Part shown: positions 32,346-48,308 of the stretch, piece after piece
How positions within the stretch are numbered: position 1 is the stretch's first letter
Layout: the number at the start of each line of letters is the position of its first letter
Assembly: GCA_964016885.1 (NCBI GenBank)
Contig: OZ024757.1
Coordinates: forward strand, 31,062,001 to 31,126,000
Source: Eledone cirrhosa
Lineage: Eukaryota
DNA: 64,000 nucleotides
Reading direction: 5' to 3'
Notes under the pieces: model-generated
What the model was told of the DNA's origin: nothing
What the model saw: only the letters and a program-made list of their open reading frames with translations
Database searches by the model: none
Made by a program: the position numbers and the translations under genes

Positions 32346-32629
32346 TGTGGGTGAAAGTTTAAGAATGTTCATTTCTCAACAATTAGGTTTCGCGTTCGAT
32401 CACACTCCCTCGCATCTTGGGGAAATGTGATGTGATTTGGCATAGTTCTATGTCTGTGTGTATGAGTGTGTGTATATGAATATATTCAGGTATGGCTGTG
32501 TGTGTGTGTGTGTATAACTGCCGTGTCGTTATCCATGTTCCTGCTCCTTCTGTGAACAAATGTCTCTCCCCCTCTCCCCGTATCTCCCCCCCCCCCCCCC
32601 TCTCTCACGTATTTGAAAACAATTTATTC

Positions 32630-32671
<42 letters not shown>

Positions 32672-32857
32672 CGAAGGAAATGTGGTAAGGAACCAGATGG
32701 ACCATAAAGCACCAAAGTACTCAATACTTAGGGTAGTAGAGTGGGTAATAGGAACGAGTAGGACCCCGACGGCTGAGCTCAAGCCGTTTCGACGGCTAAT
32801 TCGTCCAGAATTAGCCGTCGAAACGGCTTGACCCCTGCCGTCGTGGTCCTACTCGTT

Positions 32858-32891
<34 letters not shown>

Positions 32892-33449
32892 GGGGCCTCG
32901 TTTGCCTTAAAAATGTGAGGGGGACAAAGCAACATTTGTTGATTCTTAAAGGAGCATAAATTGTTTATGGTGCCTTTCCTGGACCCAATCACATAAGCAA
33001 AATTTTATATATTCAAATGAAGTTCAGATATAAAAAAAATAAGCTTAAAAAATATTTATTATATTAAATATACAAAAAATAAAATATAGACATATAGACG
33101 TATGAAAAAGTGTGTGTGTGTGTGTGTGGGGGGGGGTTGGCTTGTCTCCTGGTGCCCTCCCTGAAACAAGCCCCTTGTATGTATGTATGTATGTATGTAT
33201 ATGTATTTATATATGTGTGTGTATATATGTGTGCGTATGTGTGTATATATATGTGTGCGTGTGTCTCTGTATATGTGTGTGTATATGTGTGCGTGTGTAT
33301 GTGTATATATATATATATAATATATATATATATATGTGTGTGTGCATATATATAATGTTCAATATAGTTATATGTTATTTATTGAGTTATATTTATACCA
33401 CTTCATTTGTTTAATTTCGTGGTATTGACTTTCAGAAAATCTCTACTCT

Positions 33450-33765
33450 GTCAGTCGTCCACACCACACCACACCACACCACCAGTCGTCCACACCACAC
33501 CACACCACACAACACAACACCGCACCACGCAACACAACACCACACCACGCAACACAACACCACACTACACCACGCAACACAACACCACACCACGCAACAC
33601 AACACCACACCATGCAACACAACACCACACCACGCAACACAACACCACACCACGCAACACAACACCACACCACGCAACGTAACACAATACCACGCAACGT
33701 AACACAATACCACACAACACAATACCATACAACACACTATACATTACAATACACAACACAACACA
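33450..33765. repeat. (CACAC/CAACA/CACGC)n pentamer-based repeat
   Basis: Direct reading. Confidence 0.85.
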
Positions 33766-34079
33766 GCCACACAATGGGGGAGGAACTTTAGATTCTGTCT
33801 TTTGTAGCCTACTTCTAAAAATATTACATTTTAAAGAAAGACTGACCTAGAAAACAAAACAAAACGAAAAAAAGTTTGAACTCCGCCGCCGCCACCATCA
33901 CGAAGACAACAACAACAACAACAATACCAGCAGCAAGAAGAGTAACAATAACAACAACAATAACAAATAATAACAGCAAAAACGATACCAAAAGCACCTC
34001 AGCAACAACAACATTAGCAACATTAACAGCAATACCAAAGGCTCCCCAATAACAACAATAAGACCAACAACACTAACAA

Positions 34080-34615
34080 TAACAACGACAAAACAGAGGA
34101 GAAAGAACAACAATACTAACGACAAAACAGGAAAAAAAAGAGATTCAACAACAGCAATAACAACACCACCGCCAACAACAACAACAACGACAAAACAGAG
34201 GCGAAAGAACAGATTCAACACCACCAACACCACCACCACGAACAACAACAACAACGACAAAACACAGGCGAAAGAACAGATACAACACCACCACCAACAA
34301 CGACAAAACACAGGCGAAAGAACAGATACAACACCAACAACAACGACAAAACAGAGGCGAAAGAACAGATTCAACACCAAGAACACCAACACCACCACCA
34401 CCACGAACAACAACAACAATGACGACAAAATACAGGCGAAAGAACAGATACAACACCACCACCACCAACAACAACAAAACACAGGCGAAAGAACAGATAC
34501 AACACCAACAACAACGACAAAACACAGGCGAAAGAACAGATACAACACCGACACCACCAACAACAACACCGACAAAACAGGCGAAAGAACAGATTTAACA
34601 ACCACAACAACAACA
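34080..34615. repeat. CAA-rich minisatellite with core aggcgaaagaacagat
   Basis: The core recurs about 8 times. Confidence 0.8.
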
Positions 34616-36558
34616 TCTCTTGAAAACTTTTCGTGTGTTGTGTACGAGAAAGAAAGCGAGAAAAAGAATTCCTTTTGTATGAAACAAAAACCGCAAAAAG
34701 AAGCAAAGAAAATGGAGTCAGAAAAGATGGCCGAATAAGATGATAAAAAGAAACCGTATAATAAAAGCATTCAGTGTTTCAACCAGCGTCCCTCCTATTT
34801 ATCTCCACGTCTAGAGAGCGGCGTAAATTAATAATGAATGGCTTATTTCTTTAGCTTCTTCATATTATTTAGATTCTTTTTCTTCTACTTTTAATTATTA
34901 TTACCCGTCTTCTTCTTCTTCTTCTTCTTCTTCTTCTTCTTCTTCTTCTTCTTCTTCTTCTTCTTCTTCTTCTTCTTCTTTCTTCTTTTTTTCCTTTTTT
35001 TCTTTTTCTTCTTTTTCTTTTTCTTTTTCTTTTTCTAATCTATCTGTAATTACCCACCAAGTAAAATTAGTCGAATCGAATCTCATAAGATAGAATTGAA
35101 GATGAGGCAGAAGACAGAAGCAAACAACAACAACAACAAATAATAATAATAATAATACGAAATAAAAAAAGACAGCGATGATGATGATGATACAGCAGAC
35201 GGTGATGAAAAAGAAGAAAAGATCGAAGCAAAAGTTGCTGACAAAGATAAAAAAAAAAATAGAGGAATAAAACACAAGAAGAAGAAGAAGAAGAAGAAGA
35301 AGAAAAGAAAAGAAAACAAGAAGAAGAAAAATAAGGAGAAGGAGAAGTGCTAAGCTAAGAGATATTAGCGAAGCTAATTAAGTTAATGCTAAGAAGAACA
35401 ATTAGGACGGTCATACCCAGATGAAACGATGTGGTATGATATATGAATATAATGAAAGGTTTCAGTCGTTTATTCATTCAAGATCTGTTGATCTGTTGAG
35501 TTGGTATAGAGTAGAAAATAGAGAGAGAGAGAGATTATTTTATTGTGGGGTGGGGGGCTGGCTGGCTAGTGTTGCGAATGGTGAGGTGGTATGGAACAGA
35601 ATAAACAGGTGGTTGGCAGTGTTGATGGTGTTGGTGGTGATGGTAGACAGTATGTGGTGGGTGGCTGGCTGGCGGCGAGTGGTGAGGTGGTACGGAGCTA
35701 GCTAGGTAAATGGGTGGTTGGTTGGCAGTGGTGATGGTGTTGGTGGTGATGGTAGACATTATGTGGTGGGTGGCTGGCTGGCGGCGAGTGGTGAGGTGGT
35801 ATGGAGCTAGCTAGGTAAATGGGTGGTTGGTTGGTGATGGTGTTGGTGGTGATGGTAGACATTATGTGGTGGGTGGCTGGCTCACTAGTGGCGGCGAGTG
35901 GTGAGGTGGTATGGAGCTAGCTAGGTAAATGGGTGGTTGGTTGGCAGTGGTGATGGTGCAGTGTTGGTGTTTTTGGTGGTGATGGTGGTGTTAGACCTTG
36001 TGTGGCGCGTGGCTGGCTAGCTAAGTTGCTAATGGTGAGGTGGTATGGGACAGAGTAAACAGGTGGTTGGCAGTGTTGATGGTGTTGATGGTGGTGGTGG
36101 TGGTGGTGGTGGTAAAGATATTGGGGTGGCTCACTAGTGGCGTGGTGGTATGGAGCTGGGTAACCCAGTGGCTGGCAGTGTTGATGGTGCCGATATTGGT
36201 TTTGTTGGTAGTGGTGCTGGTATTGGTGGTAGAGATATTCAGGTGAATAGCTAGTTCGTTAGTTGCGAATGGTGGGGTGGGATGCAGCAGAATAAACGGG
36301 TAGCTGGCAGTGATGGTGGTGGGGGTAGGTACATCGGGTGTGGTGGTGGTGGGGGGGCTGAGAATGGGTGGTAAGTGGCAGGGTGGTGCTGGACAGACAC
36401 AGACAGAGACAGACACACACAGGCACCCCGTCTGGCGGTCAACACCGTGACCATACGGCCTAGAACCCAACACTCTAACCACCGGACTACGTGATCAGTA
36501 GATTCAATGTAATATTTAATGAAAGTTTGAATGTGTGAAAGAAAGGGAGCTTACTCAC

Positions 36559-36660
36559 CTGACACTTTCTGCCAACACAGGGGACTTTATGGAACATGGA
36601 GTAGATCTTGACAGCTTTGTGGCATTGGTAGTCTGTACAGTTACCATGGTAGCACATGAA
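36559..36660 (-). CDS. Coding exon 3: N-terminal half of the LU/three-finger domain (FMCYHGNCTDYQCHKAVKIYSMFHKVPCVGRKCQ)
   Basis: Acceptor ttcttcag| and donor CAG|gtgagt bound a 102-nt, phase 0-0 exon with 5 Cys. Confidence 0.88.
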
Positions 36661-36888
36661 CTGAAGAATATATATATATATAAATACACATACATACATT
36701 TACATACATACAGATATATATATATATACACGCACACACACACACGCACACACTCACACACTCACACACACATATATATACACAATGTTAAGGTATCAAT
36801 TCATATTCAATATGTATGATGATCATGTTTTTCAATAAATAAGCTAAATGGACCTTGGTTCAGAACACAAGGAATTTAAGTTAAAAGA

Positions 36889-36921
<33 letters not shown>

Positions 36922-37023
36922 TCTACATATATCTTTTAACTTGAATTATATTTATCTCTCTATCTATCTATCTTTCCAATTCCAACCCGCCCGCCCCCTC
37001 AATCTATCTTGTTTCTCATTTTC

Positions 37024-37059
37024 TCTTCTGATGAAAGACTAGCGTCCGAAACGTCAAGA
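37024..37059 (+). ncRNA. Minimal type I hammerhead ribozyme motif (Penelope-like)
   Basis: TCTT-CTGATGA-AAGACTAGCGTCC-GAAA-CG-TC-AAGA. Stem I is TCTT/AAGA, stem II is GAC/GTC, and stem III is the palindromic ACGT. Confidence 0.65.
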
Positions 37060-37164
37060 CTCTCTTCCTGCTATCAAGCGTTAATCTAATAGATTCCTTC
37101 CATATACTGTACCGATTGGGTTGTTATTTCTGTTTACCTTTTACATATGTATATATATCTATAT

Positions 37165-37216
<52 letters not shown>

Positions 37217-37267
37217 AAATAAAATAAAATAAATAAGTCAAATGTTTAATATTTGGCTTCGTTTATT

Positions 37268-37322
37268 ACTGCTATATATATTTTGGTGACAGCCATCTTT
37301 GGCTGTGACCTCTTCAGGCAGT
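37268..37322 (-). ncRNA. Hammerhead motif with a core mutation (GAAA>AAAA), probably inactive
   Basis: ACTGC-CTGAAGA-GGTCACAGCCA-AAGA-TGGCTGTCACC-AAAA-TATATA-TA-GCAGT. Confidence 0.6.
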
Positions 37323-37431
37323 CCGAATTAGTGTGGTAGAGACGAGTACACATGTTGTTAAGGTGTTTAACTTTGTCAATACTCTGATATAGCCAGTTCT
37401 TGTTTGGGATGTTATTTCACTGAGGAACTGG

Positions 37432-37482
<51 letters not shown>

Positions 37483-37507
37483 TGTAATAAACAACATAAG
37501 GCAATTA

Positions 37508-37567
37508 TTCCATTTACCAGTGGTTTCTTAAAAGCAAAAAGTTTTGCTTTCAATCCTCAGAATGAAA
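37508..37567 (-). ncRNA. Type I hammerhead ribozyme motif with intact core (left arm of a foldback)
   Basis: TTTCATT-CTGAGGA-TTGAAAGCAAAA-CT-TTTTGCTTTTAA-GAAA-CCACTGG-TA-AATGGAA. Confidence 0.75.
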
Positions 37568-37674
37568 AGATCCTGGTGTATTTATTGATATTGGATTCTA
37601 AAAACAAAAAAAAAACTTTTTGTTTTTTTTTGTTTTGTTTTTAGAATTCAATATTAATAAATACACCAGGACTT

Positions 37675-37734
37675 CTTCATTCTGATGATTGAAAGCAAAA
37701 CTTTTTGCTTTTAAGAAACCACTGGTAAATGGAA
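37675..37734 (+). ncRNA. Type I hammerhead ribozyme motif with intact core (right arm of the foldback)
   Basis: CTTCATT-CTGATGA-TTGAAAGCAAAA-CT-TTTTGCTTTTAA-GAAA-CCACTGG-TA-AATGGAA. Confidence 0.75.
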
Positions 37735-37854
37735 TAATTGCCTTATGTTGTTTATTACATAACTATTAAGCTCTGTTACCTACATAGAGCACTCTTTTTT
37801 CCTGGACTTTTCCGACGGAATTACTTCATTCACACATATATATATATATATATG

Positions 37855-38069
37855 TAGAAGTTATATTTAAATTGTTGGGATACAACAAGCAAATATTTTA
37901 TAACTGATATAAAGCACTCAACAAATTATTGGAGTAAAAATACGATAAAACTGATCTATATTATATTTTATCTGATGTAAGCGCACAATAATTTGAGTTG
38001 GTTTCCTTGAAATATGTATAATGAAATAAATATGGTTTTATAAATGTAGTTTCCATTTGTTAATATATC

Positions 38070-38070
<1 letters not shown>
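37855..38070 (+). mobile_element. Penelope-like remnant with an inverted tail and a mutated hammerhead (37967-38025); relatives at 61095-61295 and 41045-41112
   Basis: It has the same blocks as 61095-61295, but the 3' block is inverted and placed 5'. Motif: TTTAT-CTGATGT...CCTT-GAAA-TATGTA-TA-ATGAA. Confidence 0.6.
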
Positions 38071-38132
<62 letters not shown>

Positions 38133-38235
38133 AGGCGCGTGGCTGAGTAGTTAGAGCATTGGATTCGCAATCGTGAGGTTGTGAGTGCGATAGATAGTAT
38201 TAGCAATTGGCAAGACCAACAATTGCTAATACAGT

Positions 38236-40095
<1,860 letters not shown>

Positions 40096-40380
40096 CATTC
40101 AGTTAATGAAAGCTGCTTGATCAAAAATCTTTTCGTAAATAGATGTGCATCACTCTACGGTTTGGCTTCCTCAGTATTTTCTTTGTACTGTATAACCCGG
40201 AATTTTACTATAAGAGAGACAAGTTTATTTGTACATTTTACTATCTAATTCAATCAATGGAATTAGATAATAAAATGAAGACATACGAATAAAACCGTCT
40301 CTCTTATTTATTATATATATGTGTGTGTGTGTGAGTGTATATATATATTATATATATATCGAGATATTATATTATATATA

Positions 40381-41015
40381 TACTAGCAGCAGTACTCAGC
40401 GTTGCCTGGGTAGGTAAAATAATATCTGCTTTGATGAAAAGGTGTTGATCTTAGCGACTGCTTCTCGATGACATCTATGGCCACACACAGGCCATGCGGG
40501 GGGGTAGGTGATGACCTCTATCACTGAGAAACGCGGGTGACTGACGAAGGGGCATGCTGGGGGAGGTAGTTTCGAATTTGAACGAAATCGGATGAAAAAT
40601 GTGGGTGCTAGAGCCGAAAAAATGAAAATTTGAGTCTAAAAGTGGTATGTTTGAATATTTAAGCGGCTTCCACGCCGTCCCTGAACAACAAATGCAAAAT
40701 ATAAAGCCATTACAGGATGTGCAATGATAAATTCTATTTTGCTTTAAAATTTGAACGAAATCGGTGGCAAATTGTGGGAGCTAGAGCCAAAAATCATATT
40801 TTTCGATACCTAAAAAAAGTGACTCCCCCCCTCCCCTATCGATTTTTATCTGCAGATTGACTCCTGAATAAACAAACGATACGCTGATATATAGAAAACA
40901 CTCCCGGATGACTAATCTATGAGCCTGTAAAGTTTCATGAAAATCGTTCGTAAGATGTAGGCCCCTATAGGTAATACACAGACACACACACACATATACT
41001 TAATTTTATATATTT
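40381..41015 (+). mobile_element. Non-autonomous Helitron/Helentron (DINE-1/HINE-like) element
   Basis: It starts actagcagcagtactcagcgttgcctggg and ends aagtttcatgaaaatcg...acagacacaca...ttttatata, with an internal direct repeat aatttgaacgaaatcgg. This matches the recalled HINE architecture. Confidence 0.6.
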
Positions 41016-41468
41016 ACAGATATTATATTATATATATATATTATATTATACGATATTAACAAATGGAAACTATATTTATAAAACCATATTTATTTCATTA
41101 TACATATTTCAATATTATATATGTATATTATATTATTTATATATATATATTATATATATATTATATATATATATATATTATATATATATTATATTATATT
41201 ATATATATATATATTATATTATATATATATATATATATATATATTATACTATATATAGTATATATATTAACTTTGCCTTTCATCCTTACCGGGTCGATAA
41301 AATAAAGTACCAGTAATGAACTAAGTAATTGCTGTACTTGTGCCAAAAGTAGAAACAATTATATTAATATATATATATATTATATTATATACATTTATAT
41401 ATTATATTATATACATTTATATATTATATTATATACATTTATATATTATATTATATACATTTATACAT

Positions 41469-41507
<39 letters not shown>

Positions 41508-41837
41508 GTATATATATATATATATTATATATGCATGCCGAAACACACACACGCCGCAAACATCAATGCAACTCCCCCCTCCTCCACCCCACCAAAAGTG
41601 TCTAACAGCTACACACACGCAGACACACACACACACCTACGGTTCTGTCTGTTAGTCTTCTCTGTGCTGTCATATTCATCTCAAGTTGATACATCAATAT
41701 AATATCTTTAATGACTTCACTTTATCACTAAATATTCAAACTTAAGCCGCGACGCCATTTTTTCTCTGATATCTACGCATAAGAAAAAAAAGTCTTCATT
41801 CATTCATTTATATATTCGTGTTCTCCGTTTTCTTGCC

Positions 41838-42175
41838 GTTCTTCTTCTTCTTCTTCTTCTTCTTCTTCTTCTTCTTCTTCTTCTTCTTCTTCTTCTTCTT
41901 CTTCTTCTTCTTCTTCTTCTTCTTCTTCTTCTTCTTCTTCTTCTTCTTCTTCTTCTTCTTCTTCTTCTTCTTCTTCTTCTTCTTTGCCTTCTTCTTCTTC
42001 TTCTTTGCCTTCTTCTTCTTCTTCTTCTTTGCCTTCTTCTTCTTCTTCTTCTTCTTTGCCTTCTTCTTCTTCTTCTTCTTTGCCTTCTTCTTCTTCTTCT
42101 TCTTTGCCTTCTTCTTTGCCTTCTTCTTTGCCTTCTTCTTCTTCTTCTTCTTCTTCTTCTTCTTTGCCTTCTTCT

Positions 42176-42207
<32 letters not shown>

Positions 42208-42445
42208 TTTGCCTTCTTCTTCTTCTTCTTCTTCTTTGCCTTCTTCTTCTTCTTCTTTGCCTTCTTCTTCTTCGCCTTCTTCTTCTTCGCCTTCTTCTTC
42301 TTCTTCTTAGCCTTCTTCTTCTTCTTCTTCTTCTTCTTCTTCTTCTTCTTCTTCTTCTTTGCCTTCTTTGCCTTCTTTGCCTTCTTTGCCTTCTTTGCCT
42401 TCTTCTTCTTCTTCTTCTTCTTCTTCTTCTTCTTCTTCTTCTTCC
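41838..42445. repeat. (CTT)n tract with TTTGCC interruptions
   Basis: Direct reading. Confidence 0.95.
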
Positions 42446-42598
42446 CACCGCCACCCAATCCACCCAAAGACACAGTACTCGGCTACAGTCGTTATGTGTT
42501 CTACTGAGATATATCGTCTGATGAATAATTCATATATTGTGGATGGAGACGACGTAAAGGAAAGGTAAGGCGTTTTTATAAACAGGCTAAATTGAGCC

Positions 42599-42638
<40 letters not shown>

Positions 42639-42901
42639 TGTATATGTATGTATATGTATGTATGTATGTATATATATATACATATACGTACACATATATG
42701 TATGTGTATGTATATATATATGTATGTATGTATATATATATGTATGTATGTATATACATACACATATATATATATGTATGTATATATATGTGTATTTATA
42801 CGTATATATAAATTGAGCCTATATATATATCTATGTATGTATGTATATATACATATACGTACACATATATGTATATGTATGTATGTATATATGTATGTAT
42901 G

Positions 42902-42948
<47 letters not shown>

Positions 42949-42958
42949 GTATATATAT

Positions 42959-42992
<34 letters not shown>

Positions 42993-43955
42993 GTATGTAT
43001 ATATATATATATATCTATGTATGTATATATATGTATGTATGTATATATATATATATATCTATGTATGTATATATATATATCTATGTATGTATATATATAT
43101 ATATATGTATGTATATATATCTATGTATGTATATATATATATATATGTATGTATATATATATATATATATGTATGTATATATATATATATATATGTATGT
43201 ATATATATATATATATGTATGTATATATATATATATATCTATGTATGTATATATATATGTATGTATATATATATATATGTATATATATATCTATCTATGT
43301 ATGTATATATATATATGTATGTATATATATATGTATGTATGTATATATGTATGTATATATGTATATATGTATGTATATATATATATATGTATGTATATAT
43401 ATATATATGTATGTATATATATATATATGTATGTATATATATATGTATGTATATATATATATATGTATATATATATCTATCTATGTATGTATATATATAT
43501 ATGTATGTATATATATATGTATGTATGTATATATGTATGTATATATGTATATATATATGTATGTATATATATATATATGTATGTATATATATATATATGT
43601 ATGTATATATATATATATGTATGTATATATATATATATGTATGTATATATATATATGTATATATATATATATGTATGTATATATATATATATATATGTAT
43701 GTATATATATATATGTATGTATATATATATATGTATATATATATATATGTATGTATATATATATATATATATGTATGTATATATATATATGTATATATAT
43801 ATATATGTATGTATATATATATATATATATGTATGTATATATATATATATGTCTATATATATATAGGCATACATATATATATGTATGTATGTATATATAT
43901 ATCTCCCTCATCTTGGCAATCCTCTTGGTGTAGCTTCGCTGGATTGCCTCATATA

Positions 43956-43994
<39 letters not shown>

Positions 43995-44060
43995 ATATAT
44001 ATATACATACATATATATATGTATGTATATATACATATATATATATATACATATATATAT

Positions 44061-44605
44061 GAGGCAATCCAGCGAAGCTACACCAAGAGGATTGCCAAGA
44101 TGAGGGAGACAAGCTACTGGGAGAGGCTAAAGGAACTGAACCTCTACTCCTTGGAGCGAAGACGGGAGAGATACGCAGTGATCTACATGTGGAAAATCCT
44201 GGAGGGACTAGCACCAAACTTTGGCATTGGGAGCTGGACCAACCGTCGAACAGGACGTCACTGTGTGGTGCCAAAGGTCCCGTCTTCCACATCTAGAATA
44301 AGGAGCAGGTATTGCAATAGCCTGGGATTCAAGGGCCCTCAACTCTTCAACAGGCTGCCGAGGCATCTGAGAGACTTGCATGACGTGGAGGTGGATGTCT
44401 TTAAGAAACATCTCGACACCTTGTTATCCAGGATCCCGGATGAGCCCACAGCAAGACACGAGGGAAACCTAAGGGCAGCAGCAACAAACTCCCTCCTACA
44501 CCAGTGGCCAACCTATACAGGCTGGAGATAAAATGTGTAGCAACAAGGGCGGTGCCCCAGCATGGCCTCAGCCGGATGGCTGAAACAGGTAAAAGAGTAA
44601 AAGAG
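44061..44605 (+). mobile_element. 5'-truncated CR1-clade LINE 3' end (stop-free ORF2 C-terminus)
   Basis: [53 protein letters not shown]...GPQLFNRLP...[16 protein letters not shown], with the tail taaaagagtaaaagag. Confidence 0.85.
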
Positions 44606-44964
44606 TATGTGTTTATATATATATATGTATATATACATATATATATATATGTGTATATATATATACATATATATATATATGTATGTATATATACATATAG
44701 TCCAGAATTAGCCGTCGAAACGGCTTGAGCTCAGCCGTCGGGGTCCTACTCGTTCCTATATATATATATATATGTATATATATACATACATATATATATG
44801 TATATATATACATACATATATATATGTATATATATACATACATACATATATATATGTATATATATACATACATAGATATATATATGTATATATACATAGA
44901 TATATATCTGTATATATATATATACATATATATATATGTATATATATATACATATATATATATG

Positions 44965-45017
<53 letters not shown>

Positions 45018-45129
45018 TAATACATATATATATTTATATATATGTATTAATACATGCATAAATATATATATATTAATACATACATAAATATATATATATT
45101 AATACATACATATATATATATATATATTA

Positions 45130-45184
<55 letters not shown>

Positions 45185-45294
45185 TATATACACATGTGTC
45201 TAATGTCAGCTAAGATGCTTCCATTGGCGGTATGCCGGTTGAGCTCCTTTTACTTCTACGGAGCAGGGTATTATAGAATGGAAAGCGAAAAATC

Positions 45295-45381
<87 letters not shown>

Positions 45382-45419
45382 TGTATGTATATATATATAT
45401 ATGTATGTATGTATGTATG

Positions 45420-45468
<49 letters not shown>

Positions 45469-45853
45469 ATATACCCATATACATACTTACATATATATAT
45501 ATTCTCATGCATACATACATACATACATACATACATACATACATACATGTGTGTATGTATGTGTTTGTAAGAACGTCAATTGTGAGGCTTCCTGCTTCCA
45601 GAACATCAAACTTACATCTTAGCTGAAAGCAAATTATTGAAAAGAGATAGGAAGAAGTTGAGAAGAAGAGAAAGAATGAAATTAAAGAAAGAAAAAAAGG
45701 AAGGAAGAATCAAATAAGAGAAAGAATGAAATGAAAGAAAGACAAAAATGAAACGATGAAAAAACGAATGAATGAATAGATGTAAAAAAAATAATAAATG
45801 ATAAAGTAAGACTGAATTGTAGAAAGACAAAGAGAAAATGAAATATATATATA

Positions 45854-45889
<36 letters not shown>

Positions 45890-45969
45890 GTATTAATACA
45901 TATTTAAATACATAAATATACATAAATATATATATACATATAAATGCATGTACATATAAATACTTATGT

Positions 45970-46015
<46 letters not shown>

Positions 46016-46574
46016 TTTCAGGTATATTACATAAAGACATATTTATATATACATATATATGTATATACACACACGCACGGACATATATATACATCTATAT
46101 ATATATATCTGCGTGTGTGTGTGTATATAAATATATATGTATATATAAATATGTATTTATGTAATATACCTGAAAGTATATATATATATATATGTATACG
46201 TATGTATTTATATGTATATATATATTTATGTATATTTATGTATTTATATATGTATTAATACCTATGTATATATATATGTATTTATATATGTATTAATACC
46301 TATGTATATATATATATGTAATATACCTGAAATCAGAAAAAACAAGATGCATTCGTCACATGTACGCGAACCTACACTACACAACTATGTATAGATACAT
46401 ACATTAATATATAATACATACCTATAATACATACACATATATATAACAATTATGTATATATATTATGTATCTGGATATATATATATATATGTGTGTGTGT
46501 GTATATATAAATATTGTGTGTGTGTATATATATATATATATTATGTATGTGTGTACATATGTATATTATGTATG

Positions 46575-46611
<37 letters not shown>

Positions 46612-46764
46612 ATATATATATGTGTGTGTGTATATATAAATATTGTGTGTGTGTATATATATATATATATTATGTAAGTGTGTACATATGTATATTATGT
46701 ATGTATATATATATATATATTATTATGTATGTTATATATATATATATATTAATATATTATGTAT

Positions 46765-46801
<37 letters not shown>

Positions 46802-46810
46802 TATATTATG

Positions 46811-46852
<42 letters not shown>

Positions 46853-47037
46853 AAATAAAGTTTTATAAAGCAATATTAGCGCTAGCTGTAAAGTTTTATA
46901 GATTCCTCACCTTCCTCTCACCACTCTCCTCTTTAAATTAACTATAAATCTCTCTCTCTCTCCCCCTCTCTTTCTTTCTCTTTCTGAACAGACATACATA
47001 TATATATAACCACACAGCTTCCTCTTTCTTCCAAAGT

Positions 47038-47076
<39 letters not shown>

Positions 47077-47420
47077 AAGTATTATATAGAGAGTATATTA
47101 AGTATTTTATATCATCTGCATATTATGTACTAAATACAGTCAGTATAGATGCAGGTATGACGGTGCTTGGCTTAGTAGCTTGGCTGTTGGGCTTACGATA
47201 TAGATACATGTACATACTCACATATATATATGTATATATAAATACATACAAATATATATAATATATAAGAACAAAAGAAATGCGCATAATAAAATACATG
47301 GAACTCTTTTAACCATCTTTTGTTCTTATATATTATGTATACTCCAGTCCTACAAACTGTTGAGTGCTTCTTATCCGATATCTGCATTGCTTTATTGTAC
47401 TACAATAAAACTCACCTCCT

Positions 47421-47461
<41 letters not shown>

Positions 47462-47695
47462 CATAAATAAATAACTGTTTCTACTTTTGGCACAAGGCCA
47501 GCAATTATCCCAGTGCATTACTGGTACTTTATTTTATCGACCCCGTAAGGATGAAAGGCAAAGTAAACTCGGTGGGATTTGAACTCAGAATGGCAAGGTC
47601 CGTAACTCTATGCGTCAAAGCATGGCGTCCGACCCTCAATCGATACTGCCAATGGCGGCATGCTCTGCCAAGAGTATTGCAATCGCTTGTCAGAT

Positions 47696-47929
47696 TCACT
47701 TGTGTGACGCCCGGATATGGCTTTTCAAGCCTGCTAGAGACTTGCATTCCTTCACTCACTGACGACAACTATGGAACTCCCTGGCTTGAGGTACTGCACC
47801 AGGTTGCCTGTTAACCATCACAACACCGTGGAAATCATAGTTCACTGGGTCTCATTGAACATGGTTGCGACTGTCGCGCCGGAGACCAGATTTGCTCAAG
47901 GAAATCTTTCCACACTCAGGGCACTTCAC
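47696..47929 (-). pseudogene. Decayed pair of C2H2 zinc-finger motifs, probably the C-terminus of an RTE-type LINE ORF
   Basis: VKCPECGKISLSKSGLRRDSRNH..*...SCRQ*VKECKSLAGLKSHIRASHK*, with two in-frame stops. Confidence 0.55.
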
Positions 47930-48308
47930 ATATATACATATATATACACATATACATACATGTGCGTGTGTGTATGGTGTGGCTATAGTGTTGGACTTAC
48001 GATCACGAAGTCATGGGTTCGGTTCTTGAAGCAGGTTGTGTGTTGTGTTCTTGAGCAAAACACTTCATTTAACCTTTCTCCAGTAAACTCAGCTGAAATT
48101 TAGTACCAGCAATAGCTGAGTGTTTAACTCTGCTACAAATTGGCGTCTTGTTCAGGAGGAAGTCTTGTAATCCTTGTCGCTTAACGGCAATGAATAACGA
48201 GATAAGCATTGGCCTGGTGATTCTCCAGCCTTGGGAAAGACTTTAAGTCTCTTCTTCACCTTCTTACACAGGTGTATAATATGTAGCCACGTGACTCATT
48301 AGTTAGTG

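Noticed and set aside
41804-42507. Poly-Lys/Arg protamine- or histone-H1-like ORFs
   Set aside because: They come from a pure (CTT)n tract open in several frames, with no splice sites or non-repeat coding context.
47696-47929. Functional C2H2 zinc-finger gene or exon of the host gene
   Set aside because: It has two in-frame stops, missing ligand residues and no usable splice sites.
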